Shown here one piece after another: positions 20,773 through 30,106 of a stretch of DNA of 62,067 bases. The stretch is taken from assembly GCA_964486685.1 (NCBI GenBank), contig CAZAOE010000005.1, forward strand, positions 1 through 62,067. Direction: 5' to 3'. Within the stretch, counting starts at the first letter, position 1, and each line of letters starts with the position of its first letter. The stretch comes from an uncultured Gammaproteobacteria bacterium (GTDB taxonomy: Bacteria; Patescibacteriota; Patescibacteriia; UBA1558; S5-K13). The position numbers and the translations under genes were made by a program. The notes below the pieces were generated by a model. The model saw only the letters and a program-made list of their open reading frames with translations, did no database searches and was not told the origin of the DNA.

Positions 20773-20834
20773 CTGGTTATGCTTATAATAGCCATTAATC
20801 TATTATCCTATTAATCAATTAAACTATTAATTTC

Positions 20835-21086
20835 ATGTCCGTACCTAAAAAACATAAAACTTCTTCCGCCAGAAATAGAGGCCGCTCTCATCAGGCCCTG
20901 AAAAAAAAGCAAGTTACCAAATGTCCTAAATGTAAAAAACCCATATTGCCTCATCGGGTTTGCAAAAATTGTGGTTACTATCATGGTGAAGAAGTTATCA
21001 AGATTAAAACAAAACTAGACAAAAAACAAGCTAAGGCAGAAAAGAAAAAAGCCAAAAAAGAAGAAGAAAAGGAAGCAAAGCAATAA
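20835..21086 (+). CDS. rpmF: 50S ribosomal protein L32
   Basis: MSVPKK.TS, CxxC...PHRVCxxCGYY zinc ribbon; K/E-rich tail. Confidence 0.95.
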   Translation: MSVPKKHKTSSARNRGRSHQALKKKQVTKCPKCKKPILPHRVCKNCGYYHGEEVIKIKTKLDKKQAKAEKKKAKKEEEKEAKQ

Positions 21087-21262
21087 GGCCTTGTTTCTTT
21101 TTTTTAAAGCGATACAAATATAACTAATATACGAATTATTAGTATTTAATTAGTATATTAGCATCATCTCATTCGTATCATTAATATCAACAATTTCGTT
21201 AAAATCTACTAAACCAATCTTAAGCATAAGTTATATATAAAAAATTTAACCCAAAAACGAAC

Positions 21263-21721
21263 ATGCAAAAAAGGCACGTGGCCAGAATAATTATCTTACA
21301 AACCCTGTTTGCTTGGGATTTTAATGGCACCCAAGAAAATCCTGAACATATATTAGAATATACTAAAAAAGAATTTACTCCTGCTGTTGATGATGAGGGC
21401 TTTGCAATGGATTCTTTGAAAGGAATTATCAAAAATTTTAAAGAATTAAATGATTTAATAATCAAATATGCTCCGGAATGGCCATTAAAACAAATAAATA
21501 TTGTTGATAGAAATATTTTAAGAATTGGCATTTATGAATTAAAACATAACAACAATATTCCTCCCAAGGTAGCGATTAATGAAGCCATAGAACTAGCTAA
21601 AAATTATGGAGGAGATAATAGCAGTAAATTTATCAATGGGGTTTTGGGCACAATATATAAAGAAATTACTGGTGAAGAGTTTATTATAGAAAAATCCGAG
21701 GATGATGAAAATTTAAAATAA
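21263..21721 (+). CDS. nusB: Transcription antitermination factor NusB
   Basis: [26 protein letters not shown]. Confidence 0.95.
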   Translation: MQKRHVARIIILQTLFAWDFNGTQENPEHILEYTKKEFTPAVDDEGFAMDSLKGIIKNFKELNDLIIKYAPEWPLKQINIVDRNILRIGIYELKHNNNIPPKVAINEAIELAKNYGGDNSSKFINGVLGTIYKEITGEEFIIEKSEDDENLK

Positions 21722-22470
21722 TGCTAAAATATAAATATAAGATAAAAAATAATATGCTTAAAAAAACTGGCTCAAACAAAGATAAAACACCCCAATTTGC
21801 CAAAAAAATAAATATCCAATTTAAAAATCCCGACCTCTTAAAACAAGCCTTTGTGCATAGGTCTTTTTTAAATGAACATCCTAATTTTAAATTAAATAAT
21901 AACGAAAGGTTGGAATTTTTAGGAGATGCTGTTTTAGAACTTATCTCCACGGAATTTTTATTCAACGAATTTCCTAAAAGACCAGAGGGTGATTTAACAA
22001 ATATCCGAGCCAGTTTAGTTGATTCTAAAAGCCTTACTAATACAGCAGAACTATTAGATATTGAAAAATACTTATTTTTAAGCCATGGGGAGTCCAAAGA
22101 AAAAAATACCAAAGCCCGTAAATATATTTTAGCTAATTGTGTAGAGGCCGTAATTGGAGCCATCTACTTAGACCAAGGATATAAAAAAACTGAAAAATTT
22201 ATTAAAAAATATATTTTGTCCCGAGCTCAAAAAATAGTAGAAAATGAATTGTATTTAGATCCTAAAACTAAATTTCAAGAAAAAGCTCAAGAATTATATA
22301 ATATTACTCCCTATTATAAATTAATTGACGAAAAAGGACCGGACCATAAAAAAATATTTACCGTTGGTTTATATATAGAAAAAAAATTAGTTACTAAAGG
22401 CGTGGGCAGCTCTAAACAAGAAGCTGAAGTTAATGCTGCCGCCAAAGGTTTAAAAAATAAAAATTGGTAA
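21721..22470 (+). CDS. rnc: Ribonuclease III
   Basis: NERLEFLGDAVL signature and dsRBD (GPDH..F, SKQEAE); start may be 21754. Confidence 0.97.
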   Translation: MLKYKYKIKNNMLKKTGSNKDKTPQFAKKINIQFKNPDLLKQAFVHRSFLNEHPNFKLNNNERLEFLGDAVLELISTEFLFNEFPKRPEGDLTNIRASLVDSKSLTNTAELLDIEKYLFLSHGESKEKNTKARKYILANCVEAVIGAIYLDQGYKKTEKFIKKYILSRAQKIVENELYLDPKTKFQEKAQELYNITPYYKLIDEKGPDHKKIFTVGLYIEKKLVTKGVGSSKQEAEVNAAAKGLKNKNW

Positions 22471-22637
22471 TGCGATGCCAATATACTAATACATGCTAAT
22501 TATATGAATACTAAGATAATTGCTATAATTAGTATACTGGCTTTTTTCATTTTTCAATATAATTATTAGTGTTAAATTAGTATAATTAGTATTAATTCGT
22601 ACCTGCCTGCCGGCAGGCAGATATTAGAATCGATAAA

Positions 22638-25256
22638 ATGTTTTTAAAAAAAATTGAAATCCATGGTTTTAAATCCTTTGCTAATAAAACCGAATTGCAA
22701 TTTGATCAAAACCTAACTACTATAGTTGGACCAAATGGTTCGGGAAAATCCAACATTGCTGATGCCATTCGTTGGGCCACTGGCGAGCAAAGCCAAAAAC
22801 TTCTTCGCACCAAAAAAGCTGAAGAAGTTATTTTTGCTGGGTCAGATCACAAAAACCGCCTAGGTATGGCTGAGGTTAATCTTTATATAGACAATTCTCA
22901 AGGCAAAATACCAATTGATTTTAAAGAAGTGGTAATTACTCGTCGAGTTTATCGAACCGGGGAAAGCGAATATATTATTAATAAATCTAAAGTTCGACTA
23001 GCGGATATCCAATTGCTTTTAGCTCGAGCTAATTTTGGACAGCATAATTATTCTATTATTGGTCAAGGAATGATTGATTCTATTTTAACCCAATCATCTG
23101 AAAGTCGAAAAGGTTTTTTTGACGAGGCCACTGGAGTTAAGGTCTATCAAATTAAAAAAGAAAAAGCTCAACACAAATATTCTAATACACAAAATAATTT
23201 ACAACAAAGCAAAGCCATTATTAAAGAAATTTTCCCACGTTTAAAATATTTAACTAGGCAGGTTAATAAATTAGCTAAACGACAAGAGATTAAAAAACAC
23301 TTAATTAAATTACAAAATGATTATTATGGATTTTTAATTTCCGAAATCAATCAAAAAATCAAGCATACTGAAGAAAAAATGAAAGGCAAGAATAAACATA
23401 AAACTGATTTAGAGGAGCAAATGAAAAAAATTCAAGACAAATTATATGCCGAAGAAAATAAAAACTCTTATGCTGACGAATTTAATAAAATTCAAACTGA
23501 ATATAATGATTTAATTAATCAAAAAAATAAATTGACTCATGATAAAATTGTTTATCAAGGAAAATTAGATTTAGAATTTTCTGGTTCTGGAAATAATATC
23601 AACTGGATTACAAATCAAAAAAATGAATTAGAAGAAGAATATCATAATAATCAAAAAGAGTTAAAAAAATTAAAAGAAAAATTAATAAATATTCAGCAAG
23701 ATTTAAATACTAAAACCGAAAAACAAGACGAATTTTTGAAAAAAATTAAAAATATTCAAGAAGAACTAGAAAGCCAAATTAAATCCGCTGGTCCGGAATT
23801 AGAATCTGATAATTTAAAACTTAAAATTAAAAAACTTAATTCTATTATCAAAAAATTAATAGAAAATATTGATAAAATAGAGAAAAAAGAGCTGAAAAAA
23901 GAAATTTATTTTATTGGCAAAGAAATAGAATATTTAGATAAAGAAATTAATAAAGAACAGAATGACAATAATTATCAAGAATTACAAAATAAATTTCAAA
24001 AATATTTAATAACCAAGGACTCTTATGTTAATGAAATATACGAATTAAAAAATAAAAAGAATCTTTTAGAAAATAAAATTGAAAATATAGAAAAAAAACA
24101 AATCAATCTGGAAAGTAAATTGGAAAAACTAAAATTAGAAATAAAAATGTCTACCTCTACCGATAAATCAGAAACTGAAAAGGAAATAAATAAAATGATT
24201 GATAGTTTGAATGAAAAAATAAAAGATACTGACCAAAAAATTTCCTCAGTCCAAGAAAAAATAGATGATTTAGATAAAAAAAATAAAGAGGAAAGAAGGG
24301 GTTTATTTCAAATGCAAAGAGAATCGCAAAAAATACAAAACGATTTAAATCAAATTAATTCTGAAATTCAAGATATTAATATTGAATTAGCTAAAGAACA
24401 AACTCATCATGAGGATTTAGAAAGGGAAATTGAATATGAAGAGCTTAAAAAAGAAAACTTAAATCTACAGATAGAGAATTTAGAAAAAAATGAAATATTT
24501 AATAAAATTAATAAGTTTAAAAGGCAATTGAGTCAAATCGGCGGGATAGAAGACGATATTGAAGATGAACATCAAGAAGTAAAAAATAAATTTGAATTTT
24601 TAGAAAAACAGATCGAAGATTTAGAAAAAGCCTCTAAAAATTTAAAGGAAATGATTGATGATCTAAACGAAAAAATAGAAGAAAAATTCTATTCCAATTT
24701 TAAAAAAATTAATGAAACCTTTAATAAATATTTTCAAATATTATTTAATGGCGGACACGCTAATTTAACAATTAAAAAAGAAAGTATTAAGAAAAAAGAA
24801 CTGACAGATTCTGAAAATATAGAAAATGAAGCAGAAAAAGAAATAGAAACAGAGACAGAAGCAGAAATTAATAAAACCTATGAAGGCCGAGCAGAAAAAA
24901 TCAGTGATATTATAATTTCAGTCAAATTACCCGGTAAAAAACAGGCCAATATGACCTATCTTTCTGGCGGAGAAAAGGCCCTTACTTCTATCGCCTTAAT
25001 TTGTTCTATTATATATAATAATCCCTCTCCTTTTGTGGTTTTAGATGAAGTAGATGCCGCTTTAGATGAGGCTAATTCCGAAAAATTCGCAGAAATAATA
25101 GAAAATTTAAAAAATAAAACTCAATTTATTTGTATCAGCCACAATCGAGCCACTATGTATAGAGCCGACACTCTTTATGGAGTAACCATGGATAATGAAA
25201 GTGTTTCTAAACTTCTTTCTTTAAATTTTAAAGAAGCTCAAAAATATACCGATTAA
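22638..25256 (+). CDS. smc: SMC family chromosome segregation ATPase (short, 872 aa)
   Basis: GFKSF, GPNGSGKSN, QG, LSGGEK, LDEVDAALD, ISH; coiled coil between the head halves. Confidence 0.9.
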   Translation: MFLKKIEIHGFKSFANKTELQFDQNLTTIVGPNGSGKSNIADAIRWATGEQSQKLLRTKKAEEVIFAGSDHKNRLGMAEVNLYIDNSQGKIPIDFKEVVITRRVYRTGESEYIINKSKVRLADIQLLLARANFGQHNYSIIGQGMIDSILTQSSESRKGFFDEATGVKVYQIKKEKAQHKYSNTQNNLQQSKAIIKEIFPRLKYLTRQVNKLAKRQEIKKHLIKLQNDYYGFLISEINQKIKHTEEKMKGKNKHKTDLEEQMKKIQDKLYAEENKNSYADEFNKIQTEYNDLINQKNKLTHDKIVYQGKLDLEFSGSGNNINWITNQKNELEEEYHNNQKELKKLKEKLINIQQDLNTKTEKQDEFLKKIKNIQEELESQIKSAGPELESDNLKLKIKKLNSIIKKLIENIDKIEKKELKKEIYFIGKEIEYLDKEINKEQNDNNYQELQNKFQKYLITKDSYVNEIYELKNKKNLLENKIENIEKKQINLESKLEKLKLEIKMSTSTDKSETEKEINKMIDSLNEKIKDTDQKISSVQEKIDDLDKKNKEERRGLFQMQRESQKIQNDLNQINSEIQDINIELAKEQTHHEDLEREIEYEELKKENLNLQIENLEKNEIFNKINKFKRQLSQIGGIEDDIEDEHQEVKNKFEFLEKQIEDLEKASKNLKEMIDDLNEKIEEKFYSNFKKINETFNKYFQILFNGGHANLTIKKESIKKKELTDSENIENEAEKEIETETEAEINKTYEGRAEKISDIIISVKLPGKKQANMTYLSGGEKALTSIALICSIIYNNPSPFVVLDEVDAALDEANSEKFAEIIENLKNKTQFICISHNRATMYRADTLYGVTMDNESVSKLLSLNFKEAQKYTD

Positions 25257-25289
25257 TCCCGTAAGACAATTCATCAAACGGGATTAATA

Positions 25290-25318
25290 TTGACAAAAGC
25301 AAATAAAAACCCTATTAT
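25290..25318 (+). promoter_or_regulatory. sigma70 promoter of rpsP
   Basis: TTGACA-17 bp-TATTAT. Confidence 0.7.
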
Positions 25319-25367
25319 ATAAAAACGAAACGTCATTACGCTTTTTTTATTATTAAAAATTTATAAC

Positions 25368-26129
25368 ATGTTAACTATTAGATTCAAAAGAGTTGGAAGA
25401 AAAAAAATTCCTATCTATCGAATAGTTTTAATGGAAAAACATAAAGATCCTTGGGCTGATTATAAAGAAAAGCTCGGATTTTATAATCCTAAAACTAAAG
25501 AAATAGAATTAAACGCGGAAAGAATAAAATATTGGATATCAGTTGGGGCTCAACCCTCTAATACTGTCCATAATTTATTAGTAAATAATGGAGTGATTGA
25601 AGGTGAAAAAAAGAAAGCCGTCAAAATCAGTAAAAAAAGACTGGCCCGGGAGAAAAAGAAAAAAGAAGCCACAGAAAAAGAAACTAAAACTAAGCAAGCA
25701 AAAACCGATCAAGCTAATTCTAAAGAAAAAGTAGAAACTAAAGAAGTAACAAAAACCACAGAAAGTCCTAAAGAAGAAACTAAGGATGAGGGGTCCCAAG
25801 ATAAGAAACCTGAAGCAGAAAAACCTGAAGATAAAAAAGTAAAAGAAGAGGTTAAGGAAGTTAAAAAGGATATCGAAGAAGTAAAAACAGAAATTAAACC
25901 TGAAAAAAAAGAAAAGATTAAAAAACAAGCAAAGCCCACAGAAACCCCAAAAGAAGAACCTATGGCTGAAGAAAAAAAAGAACAAAAACCTATCAAAGAA
26001 AAGAAAGAATCATCCTCCACTGCTATGCCTGCTGGCAAACAGGAAGCTACGGATGACAAGAAAACCAAAGAAGATAAGGTTAAAGATGAACCTAAGAAAG
26101 TTAAAGAAAAAAGTCCTGAGGAAAAATAA
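25368..26129 (+). CDS. rpsP: 30S ribosomal protein S16 with long K/E-rich C-terminal extension
   Basis: IRF.R.G.K..P.YRIV, LG.YNP, YW...GAQPS.TV in the first ~80 aa. Confidence 0.93.
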   Translation: MLTIRFKRVGRKKIPIYRIVLMEKHKDPWADYKEKLGFYNPKTKEIELNAERIKYWISVGAQPSNTVHNLLVNNGVIEGEKKKAVKISKKRLAREKKKKEATEKETKTKQAKTDQANSKEKVETKEVTKTTESPKEETKDEGSQDKKPEAEKPEDKKVKEEVKEVKKDIEEVKTEIKPEKKEKIKKQAKPTETPKEEPMAEEKKEQKPIKEKKESSSTAMPAGKQEATDDKKTKEDKVKDEPKKVKEKSPEEK

Positions 26130-26247
26130 TTAAAAATTGAGTCATTCCTGCCTTCGCCCCTCGATAAACTCAGGGCTACGGCAGGCAGGTAAAATTCATT
26201 TTAAATTGAAAATTTAGCAAATTTTAATTTTATTAAAATTCGCGTAT

Positions 26248-26322
26248 GCGGGTATCGTATAGTGGCTATTACACGGCCTTGCCAAGGCTGAGAGAGGGGT
26301 CCGATTCCCCTTACCCGCTCCA
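26248..26322 (+). tRNA. tRNA-Gly(GCC)
   Basis: GCGGGTA/TACCCGC acceptor stem, CGGCC-TTGCCAA-GGCTG anticodon arm, T-loop variant TCCGATT, encoded CCA. Confidence 0.93.
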
Positions 26323-26612
26323 TGAACTATTCGTCAAGCTCAGTAAACTATTCACTTCGTTCAAGTTTACTGCAGGTCGCTTGACTCAAGTTCATGGCGC
26401 GGCCATCAGTGCTATCTACAACATTGTTCAACGAATAGTTCATGTGGTGAACCCGAATGGAATGAGTGGTTTACCACTATCTCACTTTATTCGCTCAGGT
26501 TTATGGCGCTGCCACATATAAACCTATCAGAACGAATGGTTTATGTAGTGAACCCGAACGACTTGCAGTAAACCCGAACGAAACAAAGTGAAGAGAGTGG
26601 TTTACTGAGGGA
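26321..26612. repeat. Composite inverted-repeat array between tRNA-Gly and the GIY-YIG gene
   Basis: CATGAACTATTCGT (26321-26334)/ACGAATAGTTCATG (26431-26444); CTCAGTAAAC..GTTTACTGCA.GTCG (26339-26379) inverted at 26559-26609; three GT(G/A)AACCCGAA units. Confidence 0.85.
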
Positions 26613-26656
26613 GTGGTTCACTGTTATTACATACATAAAAATTAAAGAAAAGCGAT

Positions 26657-26917
26657 ATGACATTTTATTTTGTTTATATTTTATTTAGTTTAAAAGACAA
26701 AAAATTGTATATCGGTTTTACAAATAATCTCAAAAGTAGATATTCAAAACACAAAAATGGTAAAGTTAAATCAACTTGCAATAGAAGACCTTTGAAATTG
26801 ATTTTTTATGAGGCCTATTTAAATAAGTATGATGCTTTAAGAAGAGAAAGATATTTTAAAACCAATAAAGGTAAAACTACTTTGCGACAAATGTTAAAGA
26901 ATTTTTTGGAAGAATAA
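26657..26917 (+). CDS. Small standalone GIY-YIG endonuclease
   Basis: FVYIL..LYIGFT.NL..R...H..G, RP..L..YE, A..RE..K motifs. Confidence 0.9.
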   Translation: MTFYFVYILFSLKDKKLYIGFTNNLKSRYSKHKNGKVKSTCNRRPLKLIFYEAYLNKYDALRRERYFKTNKGKTTLRQMLKNFLEE

Positions 26918-27087
26918 TTATCAAAAAACCAGCGCTGAAATGCTGATTTTTTATTTAAAAAAATAAAAAGGCGCTAAATAAATAACGCCTAAAAAATTAC
27001 CAATTTTTATTGTCAATAAAATATTCAAGAAAAAAAGAAGCTCTATTGTAGAGCCCCTAAACTTAACATCCGTGATCAAACCTAATT

Positions 27088-27255
27088 TTACGGTTTGTCG
27101 TGGATTGTGATTCCACCAGGAAGTCGGGTGGTCACGACGTAGTCATTTTCACCAGGACCAAAAGGATGAATATGCGTATCTCCTCCTCCTGGTAGGGGCA
27201 CAGAACTTTTTTTAATAATGTTCTGCTGCCATTGGGTGGTTCCGTTGTTATCCAT
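27088..27255 (-). CDS. Small hypothetical protein (55 aa)
   Basis: AAGGAGG 6 nt before ATG 27255; TTGACA/TG-TATATT promoter; downstream GCTCTA/TAGAGC hairpin. Confidence 0.65.
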   Translation of the reverse strand: MDNNGTTQWQQNIIKKSSVPLPGGGDTHIHPFGPGENDYVVTTRLPGGITIHDKP

Positions 27256-27316
27256 GATAATCCTCCTTAGGATTTGATACTTTAAATATAACAATTAGCT
27301 AAAATTTGTCAAATTT

Positions 27317-27835
27317 CTAAATCAAATGCCCCACCTCCCAGAACAAAGCTACCCATAAAGCAAATTTAACGCAGAACTGCAGGGCCACGCGGATATGCTT
27401 TATTTTTTGTGGAAAATAATATTCTAAAAATAATAAAAATATAAAAAACAATTCTCCCAAAATAAACAATTTAATAATTTCTAATTTATTGCCAATTAAA
27501 TTTAAAACTAAAATATATAAAACTATATGGTTAATCCGATCGCTGATATGATCAAAGTATTTACCGCTTAAAGTAGCCATATTTCTATATCTAGCCACTG
27601 CGCCATCTAATAAATCCATAAAATACACTACAAAAAATATACTCACCTGCCACCAAGCAGGATTAAAAACTGCCAAAGGTATCCATAACAAGACAATAAT
27701 CAAACGAAATAAAGTTATGTGATTAGGAATAATTTGTGGCGATAAACGCTTAGTAATAAAAAATAAGACCTCGTCTTTTTTAAAACGAAGAGTATTGTGA
27801 GAATCGCTTAAATGCAAACCAATTTTGTTAAGCAT
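27317..27835 (-). CDS. CDP-alcohol phosphatidyltransferase family
   Basis: PNHIT..R and D.LDGAVAR....T.SG..FD...D signature. Confidence 0.85.
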   Translation of the reverse strand: MLNKIGLHLSDSHNTLRFKKDEVLFFITKRLSPQIIPNHITLFRLIIVLLWIPLAVFNPAWWQVSIFFVVYFMDLLDGAVARYRNMATLSGKYFDHISDRINHIVLYILVLNLIGNKLEIIKLFILGELFFIFLLFLEYYFPQKIKHIRVALQFCVKFALWVALFWEVGHLI

Positions 27836-27844
27836 GGATTATTT

Positions 27845-28858
27845 TTATTTATTAAATAAACTTTTAGCTAAATTCCAATATTCTGGATTTCCATTAATTT
27901 TTCTTAAATACCACCACTCAGCGCCCCAAAGATAGGCCTGATTTAAATCAGTATTAATTGCATATTGAAGATTTGCTTTAAATTGTTTTAAATCAAAAGA
28001 TTTATTGGACTCTGTGGCTGGTAAATCAGCTAAGGTGCCATTAGGAACCCAGGGCTCGGCCTGAAGCTCACTAATAATAATATCCTCTTTTTTTATACCC
28101 AATAAATTGGCCTTAAATCTATAAAACCAAGATGGCAGAGGATAGCGAAAATAGCCAAACCATTTATTCCAAACCACTCTATATATAGTAGTGCCCAAGA
28201 TATCCGCCAAACCCGCTTCTCTTCGCCAACTACTTAATTCTCCCGAAGCAGATATAAGTATTTTTCTGTCATCTAAACTTTTAACTAAATCAACTTCTTT
28301 TCGTAAAAAATTTTCATCGCCATCTGGACAAACGCCAAAACTATTTAATAAGGGTTCATTTTCTATCTGCCAAATAATAATTTCCTCGTGGTCTTTATAT
28401 TGATTTACGGCTTGAGCTATCATTTCTAAGCTCTCTTCTTCTATTTCTTCTTTCTTTAAATCTTTTAACCATTGCGGAGAATGGCATTCTGGCCAGCGAG
28501 GCAGACGCCAGCCAATAGTAGCAATAAATTTGACTCCTTGCTTTTTTCCTTCTCTAAAAAGATAGTCATAATCATTAAAATCAAAATGGTTATCTTTAAT
28601 TTCCACATCATCCCAATAAATTGGTATGCGAATATATTTAACCCCTAAATCATTAATAATGGCTTGATAGGTCTCTTTCCAATCTAAACCAATCTCATCA
28701 CAAAATTTTCTAGAAAAAGTAATCCCCCAGTAATTTTTATTGGCCTGACTTAAATCAATATTAGGCGGATCATGTTTAGCGAATTTTAAAAACCATAAAG
28801 CCCCTCCTATAATTAGGATTGTTATTAACCAAATTATCATTTTTTTAAACCTTCCCAT
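27845..28858 (-). CDS. Membrane-anchored glycoside hydrolase, GH-A clan-like
   Basis: N-terminal TM; RIP.YW..E, QIENEP (acid/base), ISELQAEPW (nucleophile). Confidence 0.7.
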   Translation of the reverse strand: MGRFKKMIIWLITILIIGGALWFLKFAKHDPPNIDLSQANKNYWGITFSRKFCDEIGLDWKETYQAIINDLGVKYIRIPIYWDDVEIKDNHFDFNDYDYLFREGKKQGVKFIATIGWRLPRWPECHSPQWLKDLKKEEIEEESLEMIAQAVNQYKDHEEIIIWQIENEPLLNSFGVCPDGDENFLRKEVDLVKSLDDRKILISASGELSSWRREAGLADILGTTIYRVVWNKWFGYFRYPLPSWFYRFKANLLGIKKEDIIISELQAEPWVPNGTLADLPATESNKSFDLKQFKANLQYAINTDLNQAYLWGAEWWYLRKINGNPEYWNLAKSLFNK

Positions 28859-29053
28859 TTTAAATTTTAAAAATTATATATTTAAATAAAATTAACTAAT
28901 TGCTAGAAATTAATAAGTGTAAAATGCGATACTAATAATCGATGCCAATATAGCGATACCAATATACTAATCTCATGCGAATAATACGAATATACTAATT
29001 ATTAGTATTAATTTGTATATTAGTATCATCCAATTCGTATCATTAGTATATAA

Positions 29054-29986
29054 TTAATAAATAAAATATAAACCTAAACCTATTAATATAATAGCAATTA
29101 TTTTTTGAATAATTATGGAGCGAGATATATTTTCCTTAATTGCCTTAGGTCTAAATACCGTTATAATGGCTCCTAAAATTAATAAAAAAACATATTGTAC
29201 ACCCTGTAGAGCATTAACTAAAACTACTGAGCCCAAAGCAATGGCATAATTCTGTAAAAAAGACCCCATGGCCGCTAAGCCCTGATTTCCTAAAAATAAA
29301 AACCTGCCCTTATCTTTTGCTAAACTCTTAATACTCTTAAAAATATCTTGACGTTGTTTTTTGTTAATCAATAAAAATAAAACTGCTATAAAAGTTCCTA
29401 ATCTTATCCAAATAAAGCCACTCATAAAACCTTGCTGACTGTATAAATATTTAGAACCAATAAAAAATAAGGAAAAAAATAAAGCTGACATTATAGCCGT
29501 AATTATTCCTTTTTTGGGATCATCCTTGGTCAGACCAAACCAATGGGCAAACTTATTCCAAATATTTTTTTTATCTGGTATCCAAGAAATAATAATAGTT
29601 CCAATTAATAAAAGGGCTATAGCTAACCATTGTCGGGGCGCAAATCTCTCTCCTAAAAAAACTACTGAAAAGAAAATAGTAAATAAAGGTATGGTCCCGC
29701 CAATTAAAGTAATTATTTTTGAAGTGTCTCCATCTTTTAAGGCCCTGTATAAAAATAAAAGCGCTGGTGGAAAAAGAGCCCCAATAATTAAACTTAAAAT
29801 AAATAATAAAAATCCCGGCCAGACCAAAAACCAAGGAGCTAAAAATAAAGCTAATAAACTTAAAACGCCCACTAAAAATGTATAGACCTTATAATTAGGA
29901 ATTACATTGCCTAATAAAAATTTATCAGCCAAATTAACAATGGCTAAAAACAAATAAGCCAAAACTGCGATTAAAATAAAAGACAT
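29054..29986 (-). CDS. EamA/DMT family transporter
   Basis: About 10 TM in two repeats; P.FT..FS..FLGE motif. Confidence 0.75.
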   Translation of the reverse strand: MSFILIAVLAYLFLAIVNLADKFLLGNVIPNYKVYTFLVGVLSLLALFLAPWFLVWPGFLLFILSLIIGALFPPALLFLYRALKDGDTSKIITLIGGTIPLFTIFFSVVFLGERFAPRQWLAIALLLIGTIIISWIPDKKNIWNKFAHWFGLTKDDPKKGIITAIMSALFFSLFFIGSKYLYSQQGFMSGFIWIRLGTFIAVLFLLINKKQRQDIFKSIKSLAKDKGRFLFLGNQGLAAMGSFLQNYAIALGSVVLVNALQGVQYVFLLILGAIITVFRPKAIKENISRSIIIQKIIAIILIGLGLYFIY

Positions 29987-30007
29987 AGGGTTTTAGTTAG
30001 TAGTTAA

Positions 30008-30070
30008 CCTGCCTTCGCCTGCCGTAGCCCCCCACTTTTTTCAAAAAGTGGGGGGCTACGGCAAGGCAGG
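30008..30070. repeat. Nested palindrome
   Basis: Perfect stem TGCCGTAGCCCCCCACTTTTT/AAAAAGTGGGGGGCTACGGCA inside CCTGCCTT..AAGGCAGG; flanked by TAGTT(A/G/C)G units. Confidence 0.85.
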
Positions 30071-30106
30071 TAGTTGGTAGTTCGTAGTTTTATTACCAAT
30101 TACTAA

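Noticed and set aside
25578-26068. Antisense F/S-rich ORFs (also 41133-41639, 50620-51948, 57392-57694 and other short shadows)
   Set aside because: Mirror frames of K/E-rich or conserved genes with no independent signals.
26246-26521. 91-aa ORF
   Set aside because: Overlaps tRNA-Gly and the repeat array; spurious.
26323-26612. CRISPR array
   Set aside because: Repeats are inverted, nested and irregularly spaced with no unique constant-length spacers; no cas genes.
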